In this document: positions 1 through 14,600 of the stretch, piece by piece
How positions within the stretch are numbered: the first letter of the stretch is position 1
Layout of the letters: each line of letters starts with the position of its first letter
Assembly (NCBI RefSeq): GCF_964355755.1
Contig: NC_092675.1
Coordinates: forward strand, 22,540,912 to 22,604,911
Direction: 5' to 3'
Length of the DNA: 64,000 nt
From: Antedon mediterranea
Lineage: Eukaryota > Animalia > Echinodermata
Notes under the pieces: model-generated
What the model was told of the DNA's origin: nothing
Seen by the model: only the letters and a program-made list of their open reading frames with translations
Database searches by the model: none
Made by a program: the position numbers and the translations under genes

Positions 1-924
1 ATTAGTTGTCAAGAATGTTCAAAACAATATTCCTAAAATATAAAACGTAAATACTAGCAAACAATTCCGATTTTGTAAATTGTCATGATCCAAAGACTTC
101 CAAGTTGATTGATCTATCCCTAAAATCAACAAGACAATTACACACTAAATTTACAAACAGTAACTTATATCTACACACGCTCCAGTGTTTGCTCTGTGTT
201 TCTGCACTTGAAAGAATGTAAGTTATACTATCTTCGTCAGTGTTAATATTACTTCTGTAGAGTATTTTTACGAACTAAATATTATATATCACTGCTCCAA
301 AAAACTAACAATTCACGAAAACCTAGTCTGCTAAAGTTTGTATAAAATCTTTATATATCATTGTGGTTCGTTTTCGTTTCTATATATTTTTTTTCTAGAA
401 AAAAACACAACAATTTTTTGACAAAACCATGAATCCAACTTCCCACTAGACATCCAGTTGATAATCAGAAGACAGTGAAACAATCAATATAATTTATTCT
501 AGACACCCTTTTGGTCTAGCTAAGTGAGTGATGTTAGGCAGCCAAGTGAAATAAATGAAAACTGAAATTAGGCCTTTTTGTTATTTATTGCCGAAAACAA
601 ATAACACAGTGCCTATTCCTTTTGGGGTACCGTAGGATTAATCTATTTTTATCCTCTTGATTATTCAACTGATTTATTCAAGATCGACCGCCGAACATAT
701 TAGGCCTATATCTGTTATTTTCCTTCACTATAGTGATTGGAATGATCCGTCTCCGCCACTGCCCTCATGTGCTTATTATTGATTTTTACAATACTATTAT
801 TTAGCATGGTTATATTCTAACCGTTTAAACGGACTATATTGTGTTTTTATAATTTAGTTTTAAAACAAAACAAAATCATCCAATTTTCCTTTAGATTTCC
901 ATTTTTGTAAACAAAGAATTCTGA

Positions 925-1111
925 AGGTACATTTTGCGCGCCATATTTCACGCTTCAATGACGACCGTTGTTGTGATTGGACAACTACCGTGACATAAAT
1001 ATATATGTGGCCGGGAATTTTAAAATTTAAAATACTTTTTGTTTTGTTATGATCCGTGGTCATGAATGCTGTTCATTTTAGTGATAATCGTGTTTTATAT
1101 TTTATTTTAAG
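925..1111 (+). promoter_or_regulatory. Probable PIF1 promoter and non-coding first exon
   Basis: CpG-containing patch with E2F-like TTTTGCGCGCC (932-942), reverse CCAAT (GATTGG 975-980) and GGCCGGGAA followed by CHR-like TTTAAA (1019-1031). Candidate donor AG|GTAAAT at 1111/1112; acceptor TTTACAG ends at 1651, just before the ATG exon. Confidence 0.4.
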
Positions 1112-1660
1112 GTAAATTTTGATTAGCACATTAGATAGAATATAATGTTTTGTTATCGTTTGTATACGACGTTAAGGAGTAGACTAAGACTGATGTGTTA
1201 GTTGGTGCTAGTTAGGCTAGGCCTCTAGCCTAGCCTGTCTGTTATTTTTCTGTATTATTTTATGTGTCTACTAGCGGCGTACTGTTGCGTTGGCTAGCTA
1301 GGCCTAGGCCTAGTAGTAGTAGGTAGAGAAGGTCATCGGATCCATTCATGATCCATAATAGACGTGGCCTGCTTTGAGGTCTCTGAGTCAGCAAAGTACT
1401 TGTTATTGTTAAGCATCCATAGGCCTAGGCTTTTTGCTTGGGAATCCTTATAGACTAGTTAATATAGTTAACCTAATTATTTAGCTGGCCATATATATGC
1501 AAGCATGCTAGCATATGATTTATATGATGCTAGTTAGTAGTAAAACTGGTATTTAAGTCCCTACACACTACAGTTTAACCACACTACTAGATAGACTGCA
1601 GTCTACTACTAGCTTGTATATTGTATAGTCATTTTGTATTTTTGTTTACAGTGATTTGAA

Positions 1661-4600
1661 ATGGAAAGTGCAGAACTTAGTTGCAGTATTACCATGCAAA
1701 CACTAAATGTTAGCGGAGAAATCATTAAACGGCACACATCAAGAACAGCAAATGTGATTGTTGGTCGCAACCAGTTTAAAGATGTCATTCTCAAAGTGAC
1801 AATTAACAATAATGTCACAAAATACTGTATGACTGAAAATGTTAAAGTACATAAACGATTTGTAAGAGAGGGCAAAGCAACAATAGCATTCCCACAAAAA
1901 AGAATACAACTTCTTCTGTCAAACTGCCCTCCACACAAACTTAATGCCCTCATAAAATGTGTTGCCTTGAAAGTAGAGTGTAGTAAATCAAAAAAACCTT
2001 TAACTGCACGAATGAGACTTCTCTCAGATATGCCACATACTTTCGAGGAGATAAGTCCTTTGAACGAGAAAGATGTTAATACAGTTAATGATATGAGAGC
2101 AAAGGCAGAAGAAGCTAAGGGATCAACGACAACACCACATCAGGCGAAGAGAAGAGTACAGAAACGTCCAAGACCTGATTCAGAAGATACACAGAATGTT
2201 GTAAGAAGTACTAGATTGTCTTTTGTTTACTGATTGCTCATTCTACACAGTATTTAGGCCACAATCCAAGCACAGTGTTCAAGACCTGCTACTGTATATA
2301 TTTATTTATTAATTCTCTCTGAGCACTAAATCCTTTTACCCAGAACTATGTATGCGACTAGTAGTTAAGTGCAATGATCGATTGTTTACAGATATTTGTT
2401 TTATATTCTTTTATTTAGATGCCCCGAAAGAAGCTAAGTGTGTCACTACCAACAATTAGGTTAAACAAAGGTCAGATGAAGGTGTTAGAAGCTGTGTTGT
2501 CAGGCAGTAACATCTTCTTCACTGGCAGTGCAGGGACTGGCAAGTCATTTCTACTGAAACACATCATTGGTGCTTTACCTCCAAACAGTACATTTGTTAC
2601 AGCAAGTACTGGAGTTGCTGCATGTCACATAGGTGGCACAACTGTACATCAATTTGCTGGTGAATAACGATAATAAATATTTGCATGGTTTTAAATATTG
2701 TTATATGCATTGTGTGTGTTTCAACAGCAGTGTTTATTTTTTAAATATAAAGTTGTTTTCTTCATTTAAAAAAACCAAAAAAGACATTTTAATATCATAC
2801 AGCTCTTTCTATACAATGTACATAACAATTATAATATGATTTACTAGGAAAGATACCTTTCCCAAAAAGGTTGCCCCTCCTCAGTTTAAAACCTTTCCAG
2901 TACAATTCCAATTATTTTGATGTGTGGATGATGTGTGCAATAGTAAAATGAACATTTACTTATACATAGAAGCAACACGTGCTTTTTACTCTTGTGTCAA
3001 TTTTATCCCATTTAAATTAAGTTTGTCAACAAAATTTCTTTCAATAGATTTGTCTGCATTTTCCATTAAAGCAATATCAGTTTTAATTGGTCAATCCATA
3101 ACAACAGAACAACTGAATGATTATATTATCAATTGTAGGAATTGGATCAGGTGCATTACCAGTGGAACAGTGTATTGAACTTGCTTCAAGACCAGCAAGA
3201 AGGAGCATTTGGTTGAGGTGTCGCCATCTGATTATAGATGAAATTTCAATGGTTGATGGAGAAATGTTCACAAAGTTAGATGTAAGACATAAATAAATAC
3301 TAAAGATTATTAAAATAATACAAATTCCATTCATTCGCCTTCATGACTTTTCAAATATGTCTTTATGCCTTCAATTGGCCTATTCGATTGTTGACTTTAA
3401 TATTGTTTTCCCATTGAGTACTGTATTTGGTTAATAGAGTATTTTAACCATTCAGTTAATAGTACTTGACAAATGTTAATTTATCATTTGAATAAAAAAT
3501 GTATCAGTACTTAGCAGATTTTCTGGTAGCCACAAAGGTTTCCCAGTCGATTTCATCAAAATGGGACAATCTTCAGTACTGTACATATTTTACTATGCTT
3601 GTAGAAATAAAAAAATGTTATTGTGTACTTTAGGCAGTGGCACGGTCAGTTCGTAACAACTCACAACCATTTGGAGGAATTCAAATCATATTAAGTGGCG
3701 ACTTCTTCCAGCTACCACCAGTTACTAAAACTGGAGAAAAGAAGTTTTGCTTTCAGGTTTGTGCAAACTAATGTTTATTACATATTTGGTAAAAGATTTT
3801 GGTTCAGTTTTAGGATAGCAGGATCTGTCCACATAGACCAGTAATAATTTAGGGGATTACCATTAGAGACAACCTACACCTGTCTCCCAATCAGGGACAG
3901 CCTACACCCATTAAACGAAACTTAACACCAGTTGGAAAAACTAAAGTTAATATTATTTATTAATCATATTACAAAAACGAGTCATTTTAAGGTTTGAACA
4001 CAATCATTTTAATTATTAAACTATGGTCCCACATTAATTAATGATGCAACTCTTATGTTATACTTTTTACAGTCACCTGCTTGGAACCGAAGTATTGGGA
4101 CAACATTTGAACTCACAGAGGTCAAGAGGCAGAGTGACCCAAAGTTCATTCAAGCATTACAAAATATTCGTACTGGAAGGTAGTAAAAGTGAAATATAGG
4201 CCCTATAATTCTTTTGTTGGTATTGAATATGTATTTCAGTTAAACATTATATATTACTATAAACTTCTTGATTTATATGTAGGTGCCCTCCAGAAGTTCA
4301 GCAGCAACTGACCGCAACTGCATCACACTCAATTGATAGTAATGGTATCCTAGCAACAAGACTGTGTACACACAAAGAAGATGTCAATCAAATTAATGAA
4401 ATTCAACTTCAGAAGCTCCCAGGTCAGAATTTTAAATGTTTACTACAGTATCAGTCTACCTGGCAAGGCATCAACTTTAAGATGTTTAAAGGCTTTCTTT
4501 GTAGTTTAAATGTCATAGTGGTTTGAAAAAGTTGATGTGTACTGTTCAATGGTTTTAAGCTGGTCTGGACAGTATTATACCATAGAGATATCTCTATGAT

Positions 4601-7263
4601 TATACACACTTAAGTAGATTCTTGTCATTTGATTGGACGATTATGGGTCACATGATATGTAGAACTCTCGATGTTGTGTAGAGTGCAGTGTTGTTATGTA
4701 GTCCAATGGGATGCACATTCATTTTTGTTACACAGCAGTGAGTGAGCAACAACAGCTGGCTATTGTTGACTGATCAAATTCCAGCAATCTGTATAGTGTT
4801 TGCCATCTATTGTTTTATGCCACATCCAGAATTGAAATGCTGCCTCTACCAATGGTTTAGGATTTTGGCCTAGCCTCTCTTTGCTTTCCCCTTGTGAAAT
4901 TATTTTTTATAATTTCAATCATAAACATTCATTTTTTGTATACTATAACATCCTGAGAAAAGTTGAGGGATATTAAATTACAGTATAATTATTTAGTTTA
5001 TTCTAAATTAGACCATCTATATTTACAAATTTGGAAAAAACAAAACCTAATACAAAGTATACAAGAAAGAAGAATTGAACCCAGAACATTGAGATTGGTG
5101 CATCATCACCATCACTACTACTAGTTTGCTGTTCTGAACAGTGCCTTACAGTCAGTTGTTATGCTAATTCTTTGTTATAGGGGAAGCCCGTGTGTTTAAA
5201 GCCTTTGACAGCAATCCAGACCTCTCTCATCATATTGACAAACATTGTCCAGTTAATGAGAAAATTATGTTGAAAAAAGGAACACAGGTACAGTAGATGT
5301 TTGATTACAACATGTTAAGGAATGATTAATTACCAGGGACACCCACAGTATTTTAAATTTATAACACATCCTTACATTGTTTTGCTGCTGGATAATATCA
5401 TTATGTTAGTATGGTATTCAGAGTGCCTGAATAACTCCACAGGCATTTGAACATCTTAAAGATATTCTAAAATGATAAAGCTTGTCTCACTTTACTGTTT
5501 CACACCTCTTAAAAACAATGCTCTTCTATAGTTAGTTTCCATTCATCATTGTTCATGAGAAACAATGACTCTTCTGATAGCTAGTTTCAATCCCTCCCAC
5601 TGTGAACCTTCTTATTGTTTTAGCTTTCACACCAGCCCCACCCAATTTCACTTAATATTCCCATTTTCCTGGACTTTATGCATTCTTCTTTCTTGGAGGA
5701 CCATAAAAGTATATTGATCGAAACGTAGAGAAACTCAACAGTTCTTTTCAGAACTAAATATACATGGTAAATCAACATATTCTAAATGAGCGCTATTTAA
5801 AAAATTTGTTTATAGCTTGTGTAGTTAAAAATGTATGATTTATTTTGTACTTGTATCTGTAGGTGATGTTAGCTAAGAATCTTGATGTATCAAGAGGCTT
5901 GGTTAATGGTGCTAGGGGAGTTGTGACTGGTTTTCAACCGGGAAACCATGGTTTGTTGTTGTTTTTTGTATTGTATCTAACATGGGATTTATAATTGTGT
6001 TGTAAGGGGATATTTGGCGTTCTTCCTTGTTGTGGGTAAAGGAAGCAGGGTCCATATTGGTTTGGCAGATAGTTCACCTGCACTTCCTCAAATTTAACTT
6101 AGTGAACAGAAATGGTGGTGATTCTATAATGTCCTTGTTCATGGCAAATTATTGTATTGTTTTCAAATATGTTACTTGTCCTTACACAACTGTAGTCTTC
6201 TCGCAAGACTGTTAAATGTGAGTCCCTGGAGTAGGTCTGGCCTGAGATTTATTTCTCCTCCTTTTGTTCTTGCCATCCTATTCTCACCTTTAGTAGCGAT
6301 TATTAATATAATAATAATGATAATAAATTAATATATTTATTTGTTATTTACTAATTATATATGTTTCCTATCAGGTTTTCCTTTGATAAAGTTCTTGTGT
6401 GGGGTCCATGAACCTATTAGAGTTGACAAGTGGACAATCAAGATGGGAGCTGGTGTGGTATTGACAAGAAGACAACTACCTGTCAAACTCGCCTGGGCAA
6501 TCTCAATTCATAAAAGCCAGGTTTGATTTTTTTTCTTATCATATTACTTACTTAAGCCTCTTTACGCCTGACATTGCATAGGCCATCAACTACAGTATCT
6601 ATCTCACACGGTTCTGGGCAATTCCTTCAACCTCTGTCCAGTTTTAGCCACCATCCCTCACCTCCTTATCATATTACCATGTATAAAGACTTTTGAACTA
6701 CAGATTGTCAAATCATGTTTAGCAGCACAAGTATGCACGGTGTGGGTTCTATTTTTGGCTGTACAACACTGCCATTCAGTAGGCTATGGTAATTTTCCAT
6801 TGGTACAATTCAAGTTCACCTCAACCCTATAAAATAAGGGTTATCTTACCTTACTCTAAACAATTTTATTGTATTCAAGTTTTTTTAAATGGTGCTAGCC
6901 ACCTAGTTGCTATAACTTTTTCAATGAACAAAGAAATCTGCTATTAGATGATACCTACAACGGATTCCCCCTACAACATACTCGACAACTGTGCAATGGT
7001 AGACAGGCATGTGGAAATCTACACACTATGTTTATACTATTGAGTGTCCATGAACTTTTCTCTTCTCTTATGTTTTTCAGGGTATGTCACTAGATTGTGT
7101 TGAAATGTCTCTGTCAAGAGTCTTTGAGTGTGGACAGGCTTATGTTGCTCTATCAAGGGCTCGCAGCCTACAAGGACTTAGAGTGGTTGATTTTGAGAAA
7201 TCTTGTGTCAGAGCCCATCCAGATGTTTTGAAATTCTATGGTAAATTACAACTAAAGCGGTGA
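1661..7263 (+). CDS. PIF1: ATP-dependent DNA helicase PIF1, 10 coding exons, ~605 aa
   Basis: Exons 1661-2200, 2419-2659, 3139-3281, 3634-3756, 4073-4179, 4283-4422, 5181-5287, 5863-5950, 6375-6520, 7081-7263. All junctions GT-AG and phase-consistent (1818 nt). Motifs: N-terminal PINT-like region, [10 protein letters not shown] (Walker A), LIIDEISM (Walker B), [43 protein letters not shown]. Confidence 0.96.
4574..4605. mobile_element. P-element-type excision footprint: 18-bp palindrome between 7-bp TSDs
   Basis: ATTATAC-CATAGAGATATCTCTATG-ATTATAC. Confidence 0.65.
5400..5760 (+). mobile_element. Degraded Penelope-like retroelement 3' fragment
   Basis: Pyrimidine-rich tract ending GATCGAAACGTAGAG...ACAGTTCTTTTCAGAAC, resembling a decayed pLTR/hammerhead region; the CTGANGA core is not intact. 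Confidence 0.3.
6548..6664 (-). mobile_element. 5'-truncated RTE-clade LINE 3' end with 13-bp TSD
   Basis: CTTATCATATTAC direct repeats at 6535-6547 and 6665-6677. Minus strand reads ...[19 protein letters not shown] and then a (TAAG)n tail, typical of an RTE C-terminus. Confidence 0.75.
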
Positions 7264-7430
7264 TGTTAGTGGATAGAAAAGGAACACAAAAATAACTGAA
7301 ACGCGATGGTTACTGCCAATAAAAGACCGATTGTGGAACCTTTTATTCCAACTAGAATACAATGCAAGGACCTAGTATGTGTAATGTAAGTAATTTGCCC
7401 ATATACAATTGATGCTTGGATGATCTTCTT

Positions 7431-7610
7431 GCAATTGTTGGTGGTTAAATTACTTGCCTGTACATCCTTGTGTTGCATCCAGAGTAGGCTTAACTTAACT
7501 ATAGCCCTCTAAACGTGGCAATTGTTGGTGGTTAAATTACTTGCCTGTACATCCTTGCGTTGCATCCAGAGTAGGCTCAACTTAACTATAGCCCTCTAAA
7601 CGTGGCAATT
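7431..7610. repeat. 87-bp tandem duplication in PIF1 3' UTR
   Basis: 7431-7517 and 7518-7604 differ at 2 positions seen; GCAATT microhomology at the junctions. Confidence 0.9.
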
Positions 7611-8640
7611 TTAACATTACGAGAACATTTTTAAAGAAATCAGTTTTTCTGAAAAACAAAATGAAAAGTTACAAATTTGTCACTATTTTAATACTTGAAT
7701 TTCAATTCAAATATTGTGTAATATGTTTCATACAAACACTTTTTATTGCATGCCTATGATCAATCAATGTAAATGTATTATTACAGGTAAACAAGAATCA
7801 TGTTTGGTAAATAAATATATTACCTTTATAATCAATTTTACTGATTCTGTATACGATCATGTCTAGTGCAATGCCTATATTAAGGAGACACCTTCAAGAC
7901 CCAAGTGAATAATTATTGTGACATTAAAATGTCCTATTAAAAAAATGGTGTTTAAATGTTTTAGTTGGACAATATATATTCAATATTATTATTTAATTAC
8001 TAGTATTCAAATTAATAATTTATTTGTGTATACATTTTTTATTTATTTATGTATGCAGTAAACTGCTTTTATTATTATTATTATGCTAAGGACACAGCAA
8101 TGGCATAGTTAATGTATAATGACATGTGGTCTTAGTTTATAATAAAGAATATTGTATTTGTATCTTATATTCCACTACAGTCCATTTGGTGAAGTGTTAC
8201 TGCTTCTTTTTGCTCGCTGTAGCAGAAGGATGTCCATATAGATAACATAACCACTAGCCAATCACCACAATGCTATAAAATCTACATTTTAGGGAGATTC
8301 ATGACAAAACCTGATCTTTGCCAATTATAGTACTTGCTTTGTCTTTATGTTAGCACAAATAGTGCCTACAATTTTGAAGTTATCAATTTTTAATAGGTGT
8401 ATACTTACAGAACAATTCAAGAAAATCGGATCATAAATAACTTCACAAATAGAACAATTTGTACTGTATTCTTTTATATTATTGTGCCAAGTACTTCACT
8501 CAGTTTCTATAGGGGTATTTACACCAAAGATTATATAGCGCCGCTACGCGGCGCTATACAATCTTTGGTTACGCCTGGCGGTGACCCTTGTTGTAGGCAT
8601 TCCTAGCGTTCCATACCTTTTAACCTTACTGTATTTCAAG

Positions 8641-11600
8641 ATGGCGGCTGCACTCGATGAACACGTTGATGATGATGACATTTTAGAACCATTAGAACCG
8701 TCTGTTAAAAATATAATCGACCAAACATCTTTAAAATGGATTTTTGTAGGCGGTAAAGGGGGAGTGGGAAAGACAACATGTAGGTAAGTTACCACACACG
8801 ATTAAATCGTAGGCCCAGAAGGCCTAGGCCCTACTAGCTAGAGTAGATGGCCTATTTAGAGTAGAGGCAACAACGAATCCGACTCCGAAGCAACATCGGT
8901 CCGCTAGAGAGGACTGGCCTGCTCGGGATTGCATCCTCTGACAGGTGGCCTGGCTCTCTCCGGCTGCTTATGTTATGCGCGATTTGAACGATTTGCGCAA
9001 TTTGAAATTGCGCAAAAAAAAAATCCTTGCGCAATTTGAATTGAAACATGTGTTTCAAATTGCGCAAGCAACGTATTAAATTGCGCAAGTAATCTGCAAA
9101 TTGCGCAAGGTTTTTCGACAGATTGTGAAATCATGTACACCCATATTTTTATAGTAATTTCTAAGAATGATTCAAAATTAAAGATAAATATCGCATTTCC
9201 TTATTTTAGTAGTGCAAATATTGTTATAAGTTAGCATACCGTCGAAGAACCGACGAAGGAAAACGAAGCGGTGGTGTTCCACCAGGCGGGCGCGGCGCGG
9301 GCGGCCGGCTATACTACTCTAGCCTAGCTAGGGTCTGGACTACTGATACTGACTAGGTTACATGGCCTAGCTTAAACTAATATTAAAAAATTAAAAAGTG
9401 AGTATTAAACATTATCTTCATTGAAATGGTCTTATTTATATAATAAAATACTAAATTTTAAACTCCTCTGCCTAGGCCTAGCCTATAGCCATGTATGGGA
9501 AAATTTACAGTTCGTTTTCAAATTGCGCAAAGGTGTCATATTGCGCAAGAACTATCTTGCGCAATTTACAAATTGTGCAGCGCAATTTAAAATTGCGCAA
9601 AGATTTTCTTGCGCAATTTGAAATTGCGCAAGTTGATTGCGCAATTTGAAATTGCGCAAAAAAATCCTTGCGCAATTTTAAATTGCGCAAGAATTATTTG
9701 CGCAATTTCAAATTGCGCAAGGATTTTTTTGCGCAATTTCAAATTGCGCAAATCGTTCAAATCGCGCATAACACTTATACTAAACCACCACATTAGTACT
9801 GTACTCTAATCAACTTGTAAAACTGGTGCTCCTGAGCCTCTTATTAAGTCGACCATCAATTATTGGTACTCGTTATCTAGTGTAGTAGTTTAGTACTCAA
9901 TCAAAGGTGTACCACCAGCCCATATTCAATGTTGTGAACTGTACCATAAACATTAAAAGATAATGTGTACATATTTAATATATTTTTTCTTTCCAATTGT
10001 TTTATTTCAGCTGTAGCCTGGCAGTCCTATTAGCCAAATCCAGAGAAAGTGTGCTTGTTATATCAACAGATCCAGCGCATAATATATCAGATGCATTTGA
10101 TCAAAAGTTTTCTAAAGTACCAACCAATGTCAAAGGGTTTGATAACTTGTTTGCTATGGAGATAGATCCCAATATTGGAATGGCTGATCTACCCGATGAC
10201 TACTTAGGAGAAGAAGGTATAATTATCTAAAAGTGCTGCTCTGTTTCAATAACATGTTCCCTCTTTGAAGAAACGCCATAATTGAAAATATGTGATTGGA
10301 ATTGAAGTGCCTCACTTTAAAGTTAAAGTGCCCTGGTTATTAATAATAATAAACTAAATGAATAATTGCCTTTTTTGGGCAAGAACTCTGTTTCAAAGTA
10401 CAGCATTGCCTAAAGTTGTGATACTGTACCTCCGTACAAGAGTATTTATACCAATGTTAACCCGGCGACTAAATTATAACAGTGAATTACTGGATTTAGA
10501 CCTCTCTCTAGCCTGTTCAGATGCTTACCAACCAATTATTTTTATAAACCAGGGGTTTTCCAGGGTATAGTTAAAGTAAACCCCAAAGTCAACCCAATTT
10601 TGTGTTCTAAGGGGCTGGGATTATACTAAAGGATTTACGGTAGCAGTTTTTTATAACTACTTTTTTCATTACACATTCTTACTCTATGAATTTCTCTCAC
10701 AAATATTGAAATTGTTATTTCGTTTATAGATGTAATGAGTCTAGGTAAGCAGATGATGCAGGATCTCCTAGGGGCTTTTCCAGGGATTGATGAGGCCATG
10801 AGCTTTGCTGAAGTCATGAGGTAATACATTGGAATTTCTACAACTGATGAAGATGTCAATTCACCATATTTAACATTGGCCTGACCATTTTCATGTTTCT
10901 GCCATTTATTAAATACATTTTTCAAGAGCCTATAAGTAATTTGCTTGGGCTCAACTCCTAAGAATAATAACTCCTGAGACACAAGTAAGTTAGAGAATGT
11001 GATACCTTGTGTTGGGCTTCTGATTGTGAGATCGGGATTTCAATTCCAACACTTGTCGTATAGTTTGTATCCTCAGGCAAGATAATTTACGTAAGTTTGC
11101 CTCCAGGTGTACAAATGCGTACCTGGTAAGGTCAATCACAACTGCGCTGATTACTAGCTTCAACATTATGGAAGTACATTTATATATAGGTTCCAAAAAG
11201 ACTGGTTAATATGTGAATCGCTTTCAGGCTTTGAGCTTTAAACGCTATATTATATATAAGGCCGACTTATTGTTTTAATGATTTATTTGACTAATTATTT
11301 GTATGCTTCTTTTGGACTTATTCTAGGAGGATGCAATTTATTGATTGCATATTTTCTGTATTATTTCTAGGCTTGTACAAAGTATGAATTTTTCAACAGT
11401 TGTGTTTGATACAGCACCCACTGGCCACACACTTAGACTTTTGTCATTTCCATCAGTGATAGAAAAAGGTCTTGGCAAGATTCTACAACTCAAAAACCAA
11501 TTCACACCATTCATTCAACAGGTAAATTATTTATTAGGGAGGTTTCGCAACCTTACGATAACTAAAACGGATACGTCACACATTTGTGAAACTTTTGAGC

Positions 11601-14600
11601 TGATCCCCATTTCATATTCGTAAAGCGTATTCGTGTTGACGAATATCACCAGTCATATTCGTAACTACAAAACGAGTATAGTTTTTGATCTATTTTGCAC
11701 ATTTTGCAATTGAATCATTGAATGATTCATGATTATAATATAATTATACTTTTATTTAAAGTAATTTACTAAAGTAATTTACTAAAATGCCATGTCAATT
11801 TTGATAAATAGCAGTCCTCACTCCCTTTGATGTTACGCTAGGCCTAGGCAGCCAAGCACCAAGCAACACGTACCTGCGCTTCGCTCAAATTTACCGCAGT
11901 CATATTTTGGACGGCGCCCTCAATATTTCGTTGCCATGCGAAACAGATTTTTACTGGCTTACGAAAAACGAATACGTGTGCGTGACGTATCCGTTTTCGT
12001 TATCGTATTCGTAAGATTGCGAAACCTCCCTATCACTACAGTCAAAAACTAAAACTGGAAACTACAGTGCAGCAGTGAACAATCTTGTATGCTTGGTATG
12101 ATAGGCCTAAATAACTAAATAACTAGGCTGCCCTAGACCAGCTAAATCATACTTCAAACATAGCTTTTATGGTCAAAATGGTAGTGGGCGGTTGACAATT
12201 TTTGTTATGTGCCCGGATGCTATACATTAAGATGAATTTTTGCAGTTCACTCATGGATTAAAGAATAGAAGGATATGCATCGACGTGAGATCAAGGGTTC
12301 CTTGACTCTCGCCGACAGACCGCGGACCGCCCACACAGTGTTATCAGTTTAATTAACCGCATGGTAACAACGAAACGTTCGCGTGCCTAATATATTGTTT
12401 ACTGCACATGTGCAACGACATTTAACCTTGTTGGCTACGCTTCTTTCGCGCGTTCTTTGGTGGCATGATGTTTTAGCGCTAGCAACAATGGCGACGAACA
12501 ATTTATACGACGACGAATTTAGTTATAACCTTTCTGATGAGGAATTGTAGATGCTATAATTGTAATTAGTATAGGTTTCTGCCGCGATTGATCTACGCTA
12601 ATGTTTTTATGACATTAAAGTAGCATTTTATGACCTGTAGTAGCCCTACATCTGAGACAATAACTATTTGTTGTCTCATCCTCGGGCTCATCCTACATGT
12701 AAAATTACAAAATCAGCAAGGATACTAGGCCTAGGCCTTCTAGGCTTACTAGTAAACCATATGATTTGCCGACATTGATACTGCCTAGGTAGACAACGTG
12801 TAATCATGATCTATATACTCACCGTTGTCTTACTTCTTGTGTGAATAATAATAGGTACTTTGTTTGTTCGTGATTAAGTTTGCCCTGCGTGTACTTTTCC
12901 AAACGACCGCTAGGTAACGAATCGCAACTATACATAGCCAGCCAATCCCGGATCAGGGATCGCTGTTTTCATTCAATTAAACCTGGTGATTGGATGTGAT
13001 GTGGATGACATAACCACTAGCCAATCACCAGGCACTACAATTTAAATATAATCACATCGATAATTAAGGAGATTTATGAAGAAACCACTGCTTAGCCATA
13101 TATTAAAAACACGATTGTTGGTCAAATGCATAATTTAATATTCTATAGATTAACGCAATTTTTAATGACAGAAGATGGCAGGCAAATAATGATAATTCAA
13201 ATATAAAAATTGCATATTTTATTAATATTACCAACTACTTAAAATTACCAGTCGTAAGAAAGTGAACTTTTCGTAGTCCGATTGTGATGAAACTAAAACG
13301 GATACGTCACACATTTGTGAAACTTTTGAGCTGATCCCCATTTCATATTCGTAAAGCGTATTCGTGTTGACGAATATCACCAGTCATATTCGTAACTACA
13401 AAACGAGTATAGTTTTTGATCTATTTTGCACATTTTGCAATTGAATCATTGAATGATTCATGATTATAATATAATTATACTTTTATTTAAAGTAATTTAC
13501 TAAAGTAATTTACTAAAATGCCATGTCAATTTTGATAAATAGCAGTCCTCACTCCCTTTGATGTTACGCTAGGCCTAGGCAGCCAAGCACCAAGCAACAC
13601 GTACCTGCGCTTCGCTCAAATTTACCGCAGTCATATTTTGGACGGCGCCCTCAATATTTCGTTGCCATGCGAAACAGATTTTTACTGGCTTACGAAAAAC
13701 GAATACGTGTGCGTGACGTATCCGTTTTCGTTATCGTATTCGTAAGATTGCGAAACCTCCCTATCACTACAGTCAAAAACTAAAACTGGAAACTACAGTG
13801 CAGCAGTGAACAATCTTGTATGCTTGGTATGATAGGCCTAAATAACTAAATAACTAGGCTGCCCTAGACCAGCTAAATCATACTTCAAACATAGCTTTTA
13901 TGGTCAAAATGGTAGTGGGCGGTTGACAATTTTTGTTATGTGCTCGGATGCTATACATTAAGATGAATTTTTGCAGTTCACTCATGGATTAAAGAATAGA
14001 AGGATATGCATCGACGTGAGATCAAGGGTTCCTTGACTCTCGCCGACAGACCGCGGACCGCCCACACAGTGTTATCAGTTTAATTAACCGCATGGTAACA
14101 ACGAAACGTTCGCGTGCCTAATATATTGTTTACTGCACATGTGCAACGACATTTAACCTTGTTGGCTACGCTTCTTTCGCGCGTTCTTTGGTGGCATGAT
14201 GTTTTAGCGCTAGCAACAATGGCGACGAACAATTTATACGACGACGAATTTAGTTATAACCTTTCTGATGAGGAATTGTAGATGCTATAATTGTAATTAG
14301 TATAGGTTTCTGCCGCGATTGATCTACGCTAATGTTTTTATGACATTAAAGTAGCATTTTATGACCTGTAGTAGCCCTACATCTGAGACAATAACTATTT
14401 GTTGTCTCATCCTCGGGCTTATCCTACATGTAAAATTACAAAATCAGCAAGGATACTAGGCCTAGGCCTTCTAGGCTTACTAGTAAACCATATGATTTGC
14501 CGACATTGATACTGCCTAGGTAGACAACGTGTAATCATGATCTATATACTCACCGTTGTCTTACTTCTTGTGTGAATAATAATAGGTACTTTGTTTGTTC

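Noticed and set aside
1661-7263. PIF1 as a Helitron-derived helicase
   Set aside because: It has the cellular N-terminal domain, a conventional intron structure and no Rep/HUH domain, so it is the host gene.
9421-9809. Overlapping repetitive ORFs (RNLKLRK / AQFEIAQ)
   Set aside because: Translation artefacts of the palindromic TTGCGCAA array.
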